From assembly GCF_029227915.1 (NCBI RefSeq), contig NC_079879.1, forward strand, positions 27,507,095 to 27,571,094: a stretch of 64,000 nucleotides of DNA, written 5' to 3'. Position numbers and translations under genes: made by a program. This DNA is from Hydractinia symbiolongicarpus (lineage: Eukaryota). Positions 25,835-38,910 of this stretch are shown here, in pieces (the first letter of the stretch is position 1; the number at the start of each line of letters is the position of its first letter). The notes under the pieces are model-generated. The model worked only from the letters and a program-made list of their open reading frames with translations, did no database searches and was not told where the DNA came from.

Positions 25835-28350
25835 TCACACGTGAAAGCCGACATGAAATTTCATGCCACCATGATGAAATTTTATGTCGGGGCTTTTTGA
25901 TCATGATATTACCGTCTGAACGGAAAATGTGTCACATGCCGGTATGAAAACAGCTTATAATACAGAAGTACAGAAGTCATTGAGAAGAGAATTTAAATCA
26001 TACAAAACTTAAAATTATGTCTATGTGAAGAAAAATATGGCCAACGCAGCAGCAAAGTAACTTTTTTCTTTAGAAATAAAAACAACTTCAGTTTGTAGCG
26101 TTTTAATTGCTTCTAAATGAAAGAAATATAAAATAGAACTATCATAAAAGAAAAGATAGGGGGGCTGCCAGAAAGTGATGTTTTTTTATAAGATTATCGT
26201 GTGTTTTAATCAGACGAAAATGAATTTTTCGAGGACTCTGTTGACGACGATGATGATGCTGAAAACCAAAAAGAAACTGAAAATACTTTAGGTAGTAAGA
26301 AGTTGCCTGTCAATGCCACAGCTGATAATAATATGGCAAAAAAAATGGCAGCTAAATTCGTAGATAACAAATGTAAAATGATGGGAAAAATCTTTCTTCA
26401 AGCCAGCGTGATCAAATGTATTTAAACATGGTTAAAGATGAACTCCGTCTCAAGGAGAATATGGTGAACCAATTGACCCAAGCAACAAAAGACTCCAATA
26501 TAGCATATGTTCAAATATCCGAGTCAATAGCTAGTGTGGGTAAATCAATTGGTGATGGTTTGGCATTACTTGCTCAAGCCATCGGTGGAACTCAACAAAA
26601 CAGCTACCCTCAATACTTTACTTAACAACCAGTCCATCCAAGCACTCAATATGGTACATCCTATGAAACCCTATTGCGAAGTAATTTCCAGAACACCTTG
26701 CCTTCTCCTAGTTTTACACCTACTCAAGAAAGTTTTCCAAGATCGTATTCCTCATAAACCTTGAGTAGCAGTAGTGGAAGTTATACTGAAAGCTCAACTA
26801 AAGTTTACCAACAGTTATAATGTAATCTATCTATCTTGAAGAAAATAAAACTTTACAAAAACTTTTTGAAATAGTCTGTTAAAGGATCTCTGGTTCCTGA
26901 AGTTGTTGTGTAAGAGGTAAGTTTATCAACAGTGTCCACAAGGCTGCGTTCTTTCAATGCAAATTCCTCTACGACCTTCGGGTATACAAACGACTTTTCG
27001 ATTTCGCAAAAGTTGCGTAATGCAAAACAAGCTAGTATAGCATTTGGAACACGTTTCACTTGTAGATCCGAAGCGTGATTTAAAATCCTTCGCCTAGCTT
27101 TCAGCCTTCCAAATGCGTATTCTATTTGGTTACGGGCAGAGCGTAACATTTCATTATATATGACTTATTAATTTGATATGCAATGATTGAACTCTTTCAT
27201 CACACGTGGTAAAAAGGGTATGCAGGATCTCCCAAAAGCAACTGTGGCACGTATTCACAACCCTCTACGATTTCCGTGTAAAATAACTGAAACTCTCCAT
27301 TAAGGTACTTTTCCTGAATCGTGCAGTTGGCAAAAACTCAAGCATCGTGAACACTGCCTGGCCATTTAATTTCTACATTCGTGAATTGTCCATTAGCATG
27401 GGATATTACTTGACAATTAATTGATTAATACATCTTATAGGAAAAGTAATCATGATCATCGTTTCAGGAAGTTACAGGAAATCCTTTCCACATCAGCCTT
27501 TTCCACTAGAAATTTTATGAATAAAGGTGCGATATCTTTCGCTAATATGCCACATATTTCATGTACGACAACACTGGTCCTACTTTTGCAATGCCAAATG
27601 AATTTCCAATCATCAAAAGAGAACATTGGTCCTTGAATTAATATAGCGTAATATGGCTAGTCGTTTTTCTAGCATAATTATGTCTTTGCGAACTATGTCT
27701 TTGTGAAGCCCTTTCCTTTGCATAAAGTCCAATTAATTCGACAAGTTTCATAAATTGTTGTTTTGTCATTCTGAAGTTTTGTAACCAAATATCGTCACAC
27801 ATGTTACCAACAATGTACAAGTTATCCCACCATTTATCAGTTATTCCAGATTTAATCCAGCATTTTCTCTTGCTCCTAATATATCTAAAAATGAGTAGTT
27901 GTGCAGGTAACGAAAAAAAATAATGTAAATCAACAGCAAAACAATAAAAATTATTTACCTCAGTCTTACACCTCTGTACCTCGGCAATGCTATATTTCTC
28001 TTCATAACTGCTTCATATCTTAAATTGTTGAGCCTCTTCTGATCTTGTAAAAGTTTCATCATCAAAATACTGAGTAGCTGTAACAGCGTTGAAGAACTCA
28101 CCAGAACTGCATTCAAGGCTGAAAAAGCATAAGCTGTCTCTTGTTGGCAGCCATATTTAATATGAATTTGAGGGATGAAAGTTCATAATTCAGCATATAT
28201 TTGAGAATGGTTTGGATTTCATGCAGGCATGAAATAAAACTTATTTCATGCCTGCAGGAACGCTTTGTGTGCACCAAAAAAAATTTTATTGCCGGAATGG
28301 AATCTCACGCCGGTAAGAACTTCATGTCAGCTACGTGTAAACAGCCTCTT
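25835..28350 (-). mobile_element. Harbinger/PIF-superfamily DNA transposon (approximate ends) with hairpin-forming subterminal repeats
   Basis: The interior encodes a DDE_Tnp_4 transposase. The ends carry related motifs: 25841 'cacgtgaaagccgacatgaaatttcatgcc' resembles the reverse complement of 28310-28345 'tcacgccggtaagaacttcatgtcagctacgtg'. Both ends contain 'catgaaat..atttcatg' palindromes at 25849-25895 and 28222-28262. Confidence 0.5.
26853..28100 (-). CDS. Harbinger/PIF DDE transposase (HARBI1-like), interrupted, with the ORF split across frames
   Basis: N-terminal HTH region '..FRMTKQQFMKLVELIGLY' (ORF 27638-27820). A DDE motif 'LLLGDPAYPLLPRVM' was translated by hand around 27200-27245. 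C-terminal 'NQIEYAFGRLKARRRILNHASDLQVKRVPNAILACFALRNFCEI' matches the HARBI1 'VERxFGxLKxRFRxL..VxxIIxACCVLHN' block. Confidence 0.75.
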
Positions 28351-28608
28351 AGTTTTATGTTAAACTTTCTTAAACAGTGTGATGAATATATCTGGTGCTA
28401 TTAATTTTTCAATCTTATACATAAAAAACAGGAGTTGAAAAATGTTTAGCTAACATGCATTAAGAATACCCAGTTCTTTTGCTAGTGGTCTAGAATGGAA
28501 AAATTTGTTTTGTCATGGTATAATTCCACTGGCATGTTTTTGCTGAATGTGCAGGTTTTTTAATCTTACTATACTAGTGCTAATCCATGCAATGTTTGCA
28601 TAATTTAA

Positions 28609-29646
28609 TTAGCAGTGTATAAAGGGAAAATATTTGCTTCTCAAGCAGTTTTCATTCAAAGCAAAACTGGCTTTATAAAGATTCCTAAGCTTTTGGAAAC
28701 TCTCTCTCCAAGATAAATTTTTGTCCAGGAGAACTCCAAGAAATTTCATCGAATATTCTCTTCTTATGTTTACGCGATCAATAACTAATCCAGGTAACCT
28801 AAGAGGTATTTCATCTTTTTTACTAAGCTTGTGAAAAAAGGTATATCTAGTTTTTGAAGTGTTGAGGGATAATTTATTCGCTTTAAACCAATCAGCCAAT
28901 TTAGTCAATTCGGTGTTAGTAGTATCAAAAAGGACGTTTATATCTTTATGAGTAAAGAATAAATTTGTATTATCAGTAAATGAAATTGCATTCAAGACAC
29001 TAGATGCTCTAAATATATCATTGATATAGATAAGGAACAACAATAGTAATATAATTGTCCCTTGAGGTACTCCACATGCTATTAACCTGTAGTTAGTATT
29101 TCCTCCGTCATAAAAAATAAATTTTGTTCTTTCGAAGAGGTAGTTCTTAAACCATGCGAGGCATGTATTTCTTATGCCATAATATTTGAGTTTTTCTAAC
29201 AGAATCACATGGTCGACTGTATCTAATGCCTTGCTGATATTAATAAAGACCCCAATTGTAAATTTATTCTCATCAAAGGCTTAAAATATCTTTTGACTTA
29301 ACTGAATGATTGCGTGACCAGTTAAATGACATCCTTAAAAGCCAAATTGCTTATTATACAAAATATTTTTATTTTTTAGGAAGGAATAAATTCTGTTGTT
29401 CACGATTCTTTCCAAAATCTTCGAGAAACAGGGGAGTATTGAAATTGGTCTGTAGTTAGATACTCTATAAACATCTCCTGCTTTAAAGACTGGGACAACT
29501 CTAGCTATTTTTAACTTTTTAGGAACAATGCCTGTAATTAGAGATGAATTAAATATATGCAGTAGTGGAGATTTTAGTTCATTGAAACAGTTCTTTAAGA
29601 CATTGCTGCTGATTTGATCAAAACCAGGACTTTTGTTGATTTGCAA
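28609..29646 (-). CDS. LINE reverse transcriptase (two ORF pieces, frameshifted)
   Basis: RT motifs 'PGFDQI', 'FKAGD', 'RPISIL', 'GVPQGTIL..LFLIYINDI' and a degenerate YxDD box 'FTDNT'. Confidence 0.75.
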
Positions 29647-29898
29647 CGAATGAAATGCTGCCTCTAGTTCCTCCTCACTTAGCTCTTTTTCTCCATTTCA
29701 TTATCATGACATGACAAATACGATTTGAAGGATTTTGTACTGTGATCTATTTTTGGATGCCAAGATTGGTCCTATTTTAGTAAAAAAAATTTTTGAATTC
29801 CTCAGCTATCAAAGATGATTTCACAATTTGATTTTCGTTGTTTACAAGTTTTGAAGGAAAGAAATTACTTCTAATATTTAGTTTACCAATTACTCCAT

Positions 29899-29961
29899 TA
29901 ATTAGCTAATAAATGCGAGAAAAACATGGCATATGTTTTTCTCGCATTTATTAGCTAATTT
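29899..29961. repeat. Near-perfect 63-bp palindrome with 26-28-bp arms and a ~7-nt centre
   Basis: 'ttagctaataaatgcgagaaaaacat ggcatat gtttttctcgcatttattagctaa'. Confidence 0.9.
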
Positions 29962-30360
29962 GTTCATTAAAATTAAAATTCTTAGCACGCTTTTTTATTA
30001 ATTCAAAAAGGTTACAATAATCTTTACACAGTGTTTCATACCTGTAAGTTTTCTTTATATAATTTTTGTTTTCTTTGGGAAGATATTTGGAGGCCCTTAG
30101 TTATCCAGAGTTTTAAGAATGTTTTGGTCTTAATAAATTTGATTTCTTCTGGAAATGCTGCATCATAATTTTCCAAAAAAATTTGTTAGGGAAGCTATCA
30201 TATGCACCATTTTACCTTAGACAATAAATTCCTAAATAATGTTATTGCAGTTTAATTTTTTTTTGCTTTTTTATTTTACATGGTTTGACTGTTTCTCAAA
30301 GTTTGTACTGGACGTGATAAAGATTGGAAAATGATCAGAGATGTCTGCTTTAATAATACC

Positions 30361-30783
30361 CTAAAAGAGTTTTTTGTCGCAAAATGAATTTGTTATGATG
30401 TGATGAACTTTCGTAGCGTTTTGATTAGTTGTCCCGGTTGGTTTATTTATGAAAGGAATATACTGACTCCAAGATATGGAGTTAAAGAAATACTGGATGC
30501 TTTTGTTTATTTCATAATCAAGTGTGTTGAGGTTAAGATCCCCCACCAGGTATGTTGCTTTTCTAGTGTTTTTATTGTTCATTTTGATAAGCTCAAATAA
30601 CGTTTTAAAATTATCAATTATTCCTGCAGATGGCCTGTTTATTACGCTTACAATGATGTTTTTTGCTGTTTTGTTCAGTACTTCTATACTTAATGACTCA
30701 CAATCGTTATTACTCACATATAGCTCTGTTCTTTTTTTATACAATAGAGAGTTATGAATAAACAAACACACGCCACCACCCAC
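30361..30783 (-). CDS. LINE apurinic/apyrimidinic-like endonuclease domain (fragment)
   Basis: 'GGGVCLFIHNSLLY..LSIEVLNKTAKNIIVSVINRPSAG..YLVGDLNLN' has an exonuclease-endonuclease-phosphatase fold signature. Confidence 0.6.
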   Translation of the reverse strand: MGGGVCLFIHNSLLYKKRTELYVSNNDCESLSIEVLNKTAKNIIVSVINRPSAGIIDNFKTLFELIKMNNKNTRKATYLVGDLNLNTLDYEINKSIQYFFNSISWSQYIPFINKPTGTTNQNATKVHHIITNSFCDKKLF

Positions 30784-33700
30784 CTTGTTAGAGTTTCTAA
30801 TTTGGTGAATTACCGACTGAAAATTTGCATGTTTTTTATGTCTTCATCACGACACCAAGTTTCAATGAGACAAATTATTTTAAAGTGAAAACTTAGAGTG
30901 TGGAGAAACTGTTTAAAACTATCAAAATTCTTTTGCATGATTCTAATGTTGAGATGCAGTATAGAAAAGGAATTATTTTTGGCGTGTGAAAAATATTGTC
31001 TGGATTAAGAGAATGATATTTTGTATGAATGCTTTCTGACAATGTACAGTTATAAAGGTTTAAGTCCGGGTCATTTTAGTCGTTTAACAGTAATTTTTTG
31101 TTGGTTTGGAATGAATTGAATCCCAAATTTTTAAAATTTGTTTCCGTCATTGTTTGTTCTTTGTCTATCCTCAAAGTGTCGTAGTTTTTCCTCATAAACA
31201 CTGGATTGTTATTTACGAATCATTGTCTGTTCAATTGGGCCAGCTTCCATTTTTATTCATACTTTGTGTTACTGCTTCAAAAAAAATATTTTTTAATGTC
31301 CTATTTTCTTCTTGGATAGCTTCATATGATAACGCGATTTCTTTCATTTTTTTTGTCTAATTAAAAGACAATGTCCTTACTAAGTCTTCGGGAAATAATA
31401 AGTAAGGACATATATTGAACCTGGTGGCTAGCTAGCTAGTTAGTTAGCTAACTAGTTAGCTAGAAATTTTCTAGTCTCATTGATTGACATTAACAAATCA
31501 AACCATATTGTCTAGTTCGCATAACTAACCCACATTATCAACCTGTGTCTTCATTCCACGAGTACAGACTTGTAGAGATCACTAGTTGGTTCATTGTCTA
31601 ACACAGTAAATAAATATTAAATCAAAACTACTTTAAACACTTTTAATTTCTTGGTGATAATGGCTGAAATTTCTTTGCAAAATAATTCTTGTCAATTATA
31701 GATAAGGAGGATTCTAAACTATCACTATTAAAAAACCTTCATAGTAATAAGATATTTTTATTTAGATACAAATATGGTTTGGCCACCCCTTCAACCCTTG
31801 TTGTCCGGCGAGTTCTTGAAAAGACCCTTTCTTTGTCAATCAGCAAATAATCAATTTTCCGACAGTATTGGAGTCTTAAAAAAATCTAAACGGTTCAGGT
31901 TTGGTAGAGTTGGGTGGCTAAATTCATTCTCTTCCTAAAACACAAGGAGGTTTGATTATGACAACCTAGCCCTCAGGAGTTTGTGCGATCCAGCTTTGGG
32001 ACTGATATCGCCGATGATTTCCCAATTACCAGGACCCGCTCTTGAAAGGTTAAAATTACATTGCTCTGGCTAGAGCTCGCAATGAACGTTTAATTTATTT
32101 TCTTGCCACGATGATCCGAAGTAATGAATTGAAGATTTTTATGAGAAACGAGAGATATGAGTTTTTACAATTTGAGCGTCTAAAGTGTTGTTATACAATA
32201 AGTTTCATGAACCTCATCATTTACAGAGATTCTCCGTGTAAATAGCTGCGACTGCTTCTACAATGCGGACCAAGGCGTAAAATCCTAATTAATGCAGATT
32301 TCCAGAATTTCATTATAGTCCCTATTGTGTAAATTTGTTTTTACTGTAGTTTCTGATAGCCCTCATAATTTAATTAAGATTATTATAACTCGTGGCAGAT
32401 TCAAATCTAACTTAATTTGTTCAGAGAAAGTATAGCTTTTGTTATGTTCTTTTATCCTAGGCAGTACCAATAAAAAATGTTAAAGCAGTTGGAATGAAGA
32501 AAGAAAGAAAACTGAATTTCAACAAAATAATTATGATAGTCGCCAATGGATTGTTTATTGTGTTAGCCATAGCATTTATCGTATGGTACAACACTCCATA
32601 TTACAAGTATGTCATCAGCGGTTCATGAAGCATTTATCTAGCTAAAAACTGGCTACAACGTAAAGAGATTAGCCTAGATTCATAACAACTTTCACTGGAG
32701 TAAAAGAAGCTCTTAAAAACGACGTGGAGTCAAGAAACATTTACAATTGAAAGCTCATATTGATTGATTATTGTCATTGTATATTTTTTTAAAAAGGCTT
32801 GCTATTTGGAAGTGTACTATTTATTGCCATTTATAGTTGTGTTAAAACGTGTTACTTTTTTTATAGATCTGACCAGATTTTTCAGCTATTCTACTTTTGC
32901 TTTTCAGTCAACCATTCCTTCTTTGATTTGTATCGTGCATGTCTAGTTTTATAAAGTTAGTCAATACTCATGGACAAAATTTATTAAAACATGACAGTTA
33001 ATTTTGAAGCTATTATTATATCACATATTTTGAACTTGTCAGCGTCTTAGGTTATTTGTTTAAATTTAAACTCTTGAAATGTGCTAATTGTTGATGATAT
33101 CAGAACCACCATATTTTCATTTTTTTGTTGCACTGTGGGTCCGACTGCGATCAACCCAGTGCATGCGGGTAAGAGAATGTTACAAATTCTAAAAGCCGCT
33201 CAGCTGGCTGACGCGTACACAAAAATAGCCGTAGCGAATGGATCATTTGATGCTTTTGTCTATGTGTAAATAATTTTGCTAGAGATTATAATTATAATTA
33301 TTTGATATATATGTAGAACTCTTATTGTACATATCTTTGAATATACTGTAGACTACATACAATCAAACCTTACGATTTTAAATCATAAGAAAACTTTATC
33401 TAAATTTTAACCTTTATTGAAGAAGGGAAAGTGTTAATAACGTGTAAATAACGTTACGCTGTTTCACGAAACGCTCATTCAGGGAATCTTCAAATCAGTA
33501 AAATATGCTTATATTCAGCATAACCATACGTATGAACAGGTACACGATTTATTTACAAGAACGCCTCAATTTCACCAAGGATGAATGTTCTTATTTTTTC
33601 ACATTTTTGCGGCCTTGAATGTTCTTGTTTGTTCTCTTGCGAAAAACTTGAGAAACTGGTCCTCATTGTTTGTAATTTCATAACTACATTTCGAAACAGG

Positions 33701-34599
33701 CCTCATATTTAAATAAAATATGAACGTTGTTTTGAGAATTGTACGTTGTCTATTCGTAAAATAAATTAGAAAAAATACTTGTATTTAATAATTTTTTCTA
33801 ATTTGTTCTTAATTTATATGAAGGTTGGAATTCAGGCTGACAGTACGTGTAATTTCATAAGCTAACTTAAAATAAAGCTAAATATGCGTAATTCCATGAT
33901 ATTGACCAGTTATGAAGTTAACACGGCTTTTCAAAATTCGGGTTAATTTAGTGACCGTAGCCTTTCGAAACGATATTATAAACACAAACGCAAGTAAAAC
34001 GTTCCAAGCAAATTATTATATCATACTGTCCTTCTATATATATATATGGACATGTAAAAGTCGTGCTTTTTGGATGAAAACAAAACAACGTAAACTAAAT
34101 ATAATGCCAAACGACGCATAAATGCATCTGAGGTATTTGTACCAAGACCAGGAAATGCGAGGCAAAGAGTTTCTGTAAAGGTCCCTACAGTTTTCGAAGG
34201 CGTCGATATACTGGCATGCACGAGAAGAAACTGCGCAAAAGGTGAATACTCGTGGCCGCGTGAGGAGACCAGCAAAACTAATCGCACGTAAAAAGAGGTC
34301 AACTTTGCGTCAAATATCGATACTCCGTACAGACGTTGGGTCGTTTACGGTTACGTGAAGCCGCTGGCATGAAGAAAAAGATGTGCGACAAGACAGTACA
34401 AAAATTCCTTAACTTAGTGGCATACCGCTACTTCCATTCTCGTAAGAAGGATCTTTTGAAGGCAATTGACTAAACATGCCGAGGTTTGACGAAGTTTGTA
34501 TAAAGGGGATTTCGTTTTATTTGATGCCGCCAGCTTCCAACAAAAACACAACCCGAGTGACTCACTCAGCGAAAACTATGACATGACGAGAACGTTCTG

Positions 34600-34910
34600 A
34601 GGTTGCAACTACACAGCGCAGCCAAAGGCAGTCACGTTGGGTCAGGAGGAAACGTTTTGCACTTCATGGTTGGAATAACATATAGGAAAGGTGTCATCCT
34701 TTACGAGCGGTGCGAAGAAAGGATCGGCAGAGAAATGTTCTCCCACTTTGTGGGGAAACAAAACTTTTCCTCCAAGACGGTTACCCGAGCCAAAACAGCA
34801 AAAAGGCCTCTATTGCATTAGAGTAAATTGGCGCAACTATATTTGCTATACCGCAAGGAATCCCGCATATCAACTCTATCAAAACGTTTTTAACCACACG
34901 AAATAACCTT
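34600..34910 (+). pseudogene. Tc1/mariner transposase relic (fragment)
   Basis: 'GSGGNVLHFMVGITYRKGVILYE' resembles the Tc1 'HGGGSVMVWGCISYRGVGPL' block. Confidence 0.35.
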
Positions 34911-35236
34911 ACACGCACAGTCATTGGACCAGCAGATAATGTTCGAAAACTTGAAAGAATTCTCTGGTCATGTAAAGCAGACTCTGGAGAGCACTTCATC
35001 ACCATACATTGGCAAAGCGATGGAGTTAATGAGTGGCAGAACGTGCAAAATAATTAAAGCTGGTGGCAAAAGGATTAGGTATTGAAGATTGACCAATTTT
35101 TTTTTGTGATCACACGTTTAGTTTTTCGTGCATTTCCTAACTGCTGTGTTTAATTGTGATTTTATAAAGTCATGTAAAAAAGAACAAACAAACAAAAGGC
35201 CCTCAGAGAGCCAAAAAAGACTTTGTATATTCTTGC

Positions 35237-35410
35237 AAAGGAACTGGTAACACGTAACGCAACACACACGTAACATGAAGTTCGGAGCCAAAACAAGGGG
35301 TATACCGACATGTAACACACAAATACTAAAAAAAGTTACATATATATCTTTTATAAAAATGTAGCGTTACGTGTGTTGCGTGTGTTTCGTGTGTTATATG
35401 TGCTACGTGT
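35237..35410. repeat. Inverted repeat / hairpin with ~40-bp arms, placed between the two converging Tc1/mariner relics
   Basis: 35237 'ggtaacacgtaacgcaacacacacgtaacatg' is complementary to 35360-35410 'gtagcgttacgtgtgttgcgtgtgtttcgtgtgttatatgtgctacgtgttcac'. Confidence 0.7.
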
Positions 35411-35493
35411 TCACAAAACAGGCTGTCTGCCAAAAATTTTTATAATTTACACATCAGTGTTAGTTTAGTGAAGCACTTTGAGCAGGGAGACAG

Positions 35494-36147
35494 TTAGCGT
35501 TGCACTTCTTCCAGGATTTGCGAGAAAAAATCAAAAGCTTTCCAACGCATCATTTCAGCCTCAACTGGATCATCAGTGTTGTATCTGCTACTGTATCCTT
35601 GCAAAAATACTGCAGGGTATATGCGGTGGCTTGTTAGTATCCCTATGGTGCATTCTAAGCAAAGTCTGTTGCCTCGACGCACTTTCCACTTGAAGACTAC
35701 CGGACAGGCGAAGAGTACTTCAACGACAGAGCTTTGCAGAAGCTGTGTGCATTTTCCACGAAACAGAAGATAAATCTTACAGTGCCTTAACAAAATTATC
35801 ATTTTTTTTGTTGCAGCATTTTGTTTTCGGTGAACCAATGGCCAGGGTGATCTCACTGTGGAAAACTGCTTAGTCGCTTTTACAAACATATTTGCATGTT
35901 GCGATATCATTTTCCGCTGATTCTGAAAAATAAACGTTCACATTGTGTTTTTGTGGTAGCACCAAACGAACAGGGTACCAACACCTTGGCCCCAAAAGTT
36001 CACAGACACGTTATAGTATTGACCATTGTTATGTTCCTGTTGTTCTAAACAACAAGCCCAATAGTCAACAAGAACCTTACCACCTCCTGTATTGAAGGTG
36101 GCCTCTACAGCTTTTCCGAAACTTTCACGGCTAGGGAATCTGTTCAA
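35494..36147 (-). pseudogene. Tc1/mariner transposase relic (C-terminal DDE region, degraded)
   Basis: 'FNTGGGKVLVDYWACCL' corresponds to Tc1 'VKHGGGSVMVWGCFS'. The downstream ORF 35494-35910 loosely matches the 'QxDNxxxHTxxxTxxWL' region. Confidence 0.35.
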
Positions 36148-38729
36148 GTCAGCTCGACTATACGTGATCAGATAGGTTCTTTTGTTGTTGTTTTAAGAAG
36201 CAATTTTGCATTGTAATATATATAGTATTAATTTACTGCGAAAAAAAGACATTGTATATATTAGATTATGTAACAATAGTTTGATTTTTAATGTTTGGTG
36301 GTTTTTGCGTTTGTTATTACTGGTATGCTAGAGACCAGACATTTTACATTTAACTGTAACCATGCCTTTGCTGACAATCACCCTAGCTATATTTAGTTGG
36401 TTATGTCTTACATGAAACTTAAATTTCCCATTCAAACGAGTTTTCTATGCTAAAACACATCAGACACATCTGCAATATCACATACAAGCATTGACGCTTA
36501 TAAAGTGCCCTCTCTGTAGTTTGAATTTCCCTCCAAATATTTTTGTTTTGGAGTGGTGTTAAAGTCACACGATTTTAAATATACCTACACGAGTTTATAA
36601 ATATGGTAGCTGCAGCATATGTGTTTTTCATGGTGTGTCTGAACTGTCGTTTGATATTTTTTGAGTGGTATGTTATGGGAAAACCTCTTGCCAAAATCTT
36701 TCTCATTCTCAGACAAGCCTTCACAAAACTAGTGAAACAAACTCCCCTTCCCCTTTTTCAGTGTTGTTGTGACTTTTTTGGCTAGCTAGGACCCTTGTTC
36801 TACCCCACTCCAACTTCTCACCTGCTTACACATGGTTTTTTAACATTGAGTTGAGGGAGTGTTTTGATGTGATTTGCTGTTATCTCTTACCAAATATTGA
36901 GTTTTCTTACTTAATTTTGTGAACGGTTGTAGCTAGCAGACATATCACACTTGTGCAAAACTTAGCCACAGGAGTCACATATAAGATACCTAGAAAAATG
37001 TCACGTTTCGAAACAAAATTTGGGTCTGAAAACACTACAAAAAGGAATAACAGCTGAAATGAAATTATCCAGACATATAATATTCGTATATAAAATATAT
37101 GAAACAAAGAAAAAATTATTTAGCTACCTATGCAATTTATAACACATTTAAGTGGTCAGCTAGAAGATTAATCTCTAACCTCTCGTGTCAGGCCTTAGAT
37201 TGCTAAGGCCTTTCTTGATAGTAAGTTTCTCACGTGGTTCTTTTTAGCACTTATAATTATTTTGCCAACATACTTCGGGAAAAGTGAACCAGACTTTGAC
37301 TGTTCGGAGCATTTTCATCAGTAGTGAATTTGTCATGCTAAAGCACACTATATATTGTTGTTTAAACGCAGCATTTATTGCTTCTGGGAAATTTTTTGAC
37401 ATAGTTCAACTAGGAAAGTTGCTAGCTAAGGGAAGGAAAGGGATCGTAGCGTAGATATAAGAACGGAAGTTTATGTAGGAACTTTTGCCGATTTTCAAAA
37501 TTGAAGTATTTTTTCAAGGACAACCTGTCTAATTCACCTCGACACTTTGCAGTTGCCGGGGCAAATGCCGACGTGATAAAATTTTTGATTCATGTCGGCA
37601 AGTATTTGCCGACATGGTTTCTTCTAAGCAAAACTCGGTCCAAGTTACATCAACTTGGAATTACAAAAAGGTTTTGCTCTTTTCTCTCTTAGTTTACCTG
37701 TTTTTTGTGTACAGGGGTGTGTAAAACGTGAAAAAAATTAAATTGACCAGGCTGAATGGTGAAGACTTGCCAGTATCGCTCCATGTAAAAAGGCAAGGCC
37801 AATTTGCCTTCTTTAGACAACTTCCACACTTTCCTGAACTTACCAAAAGTATGTACTCTTGTGATGCAATACAGTATATACATTTAATTCTGCTCAATTG
37901 GCCACAAAAAAGACAACCCTTAACTAAACCGAGTGACATAATTATCAAGTAAATTGTATAAAAAGCAGAGTTGTGGGACTTCACATTTATCCAATCTCTT
38001 TGAGCAATTCAACAATTTTTGTTCGTGAAAACATTCTGCAGTATGCCTGCGTATGTTTTTTATCAAAGTCATAAATTTGTTTTCTGAATTACTTAGGGTT
38101 GCAAGATAGGTGCTTTGCAACCAAAAAAGTCGTGATTTCAAATTTCATAAAATGAATTTTCTGAAAAAATTTTTTTTTCAAAAGATCAAACTCACCCTTG
38201 TTGCTTCAGCGAGTCGACATTATTGTTTCGTGAATACTTCGGGTAAGTTTAAGAATTCCTCAGGAAACTTAACATAAAAAGGCGCTTTTAACTACAATCC
38301 AAGAGCTATTTCCAGTGGGTCAGCACCCAAAAAAGATCTTAAGCCTCTTTAATTAGTGAGTAGCTGTTCTGTGTGTAGCAAGCCGGCTAGTTAGCTAACT
38401 GGCCAAGCTACTTAGCTCCAAATAAACTAAGATAAGAAGGGGCAAATTATCACTAAAAGGTCAGCTAGCTTGCATACATTTTTTACTTTCATGCAGTTAA
38501 GTAGCTAATAAAAATTATATTGTTTCTGAACTGATATAATCCATAACATTAAAAAAGCATCAACTTTCCTGTACATGCTATAACCAGCCAGTAAGAGTGA
38601 AAAATATAAGAAGTTTTTGGTGGAGGTGTTGCCCCGAAACATTTCTGATCGCACGAAGAATACACTTATTTAAGATTGGCTAATGGATAGGTTGAGATTG
38701 AAAAGAGGACGGGTCAGTGGGTCATAGTT

Positions 38730-38910
38730 AGGATGGTGCGTCTATTGACGGGCTCATTCCAACCATAGACAAATGTATGAGATGGGTCTTAGGTTGATAC
38801 TGCCCCAACTATTGACAGAGGAATTGTGCGTTTGAGATGCGACAGTCCTTTAAAATTTAAAAAAAAGACAGGCCAGGCTCAACTGTGGACAAATGCAGTG
38901 TCTAAAGAAG
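38730..38910. repeat. Degenerate tandem repeat of a ~50-bp unit, about 3 copies
   Basis: Recurring 'ctcattccaaccatagacaaatgtatgag', 'ctgccccaactattgacagaggaattgtgcg' and 'ccaggctcaactgtggacaaatgcagtg'. Confidence 0.5.

Larger units (their letters stand above)
28400..30850 (-). mobile_element. Degraded non-LTR retrotransposon (LINE; clade not determined). Its 5' end is at the high coordinate.
   Basis: APE-type endonuclease ORF at 30361-30783, RT N-terminal region at 29335-29646 ('..VPKKLKIARVVPVFKAGDVYRVSNYRPISILPCFSKILERIV') and RT palm at 28609-29208 ('CGVPQGTIILLLLFLIYINDI..FTDNTNLF'). The three pieces lie in different frames, consistent with frameshifts. Confidence 0.8.

Noticed and set aside
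26200-26630. Plus-strand ORFs inside the Harbinger element (26416-26625 and others) as a candidate Myb-like second ORF
   Set aside because: No recognisable SANT/Myb/MADF signature (conserved W/Y spacing) could be seen, so the second Harbinger protein is not called.
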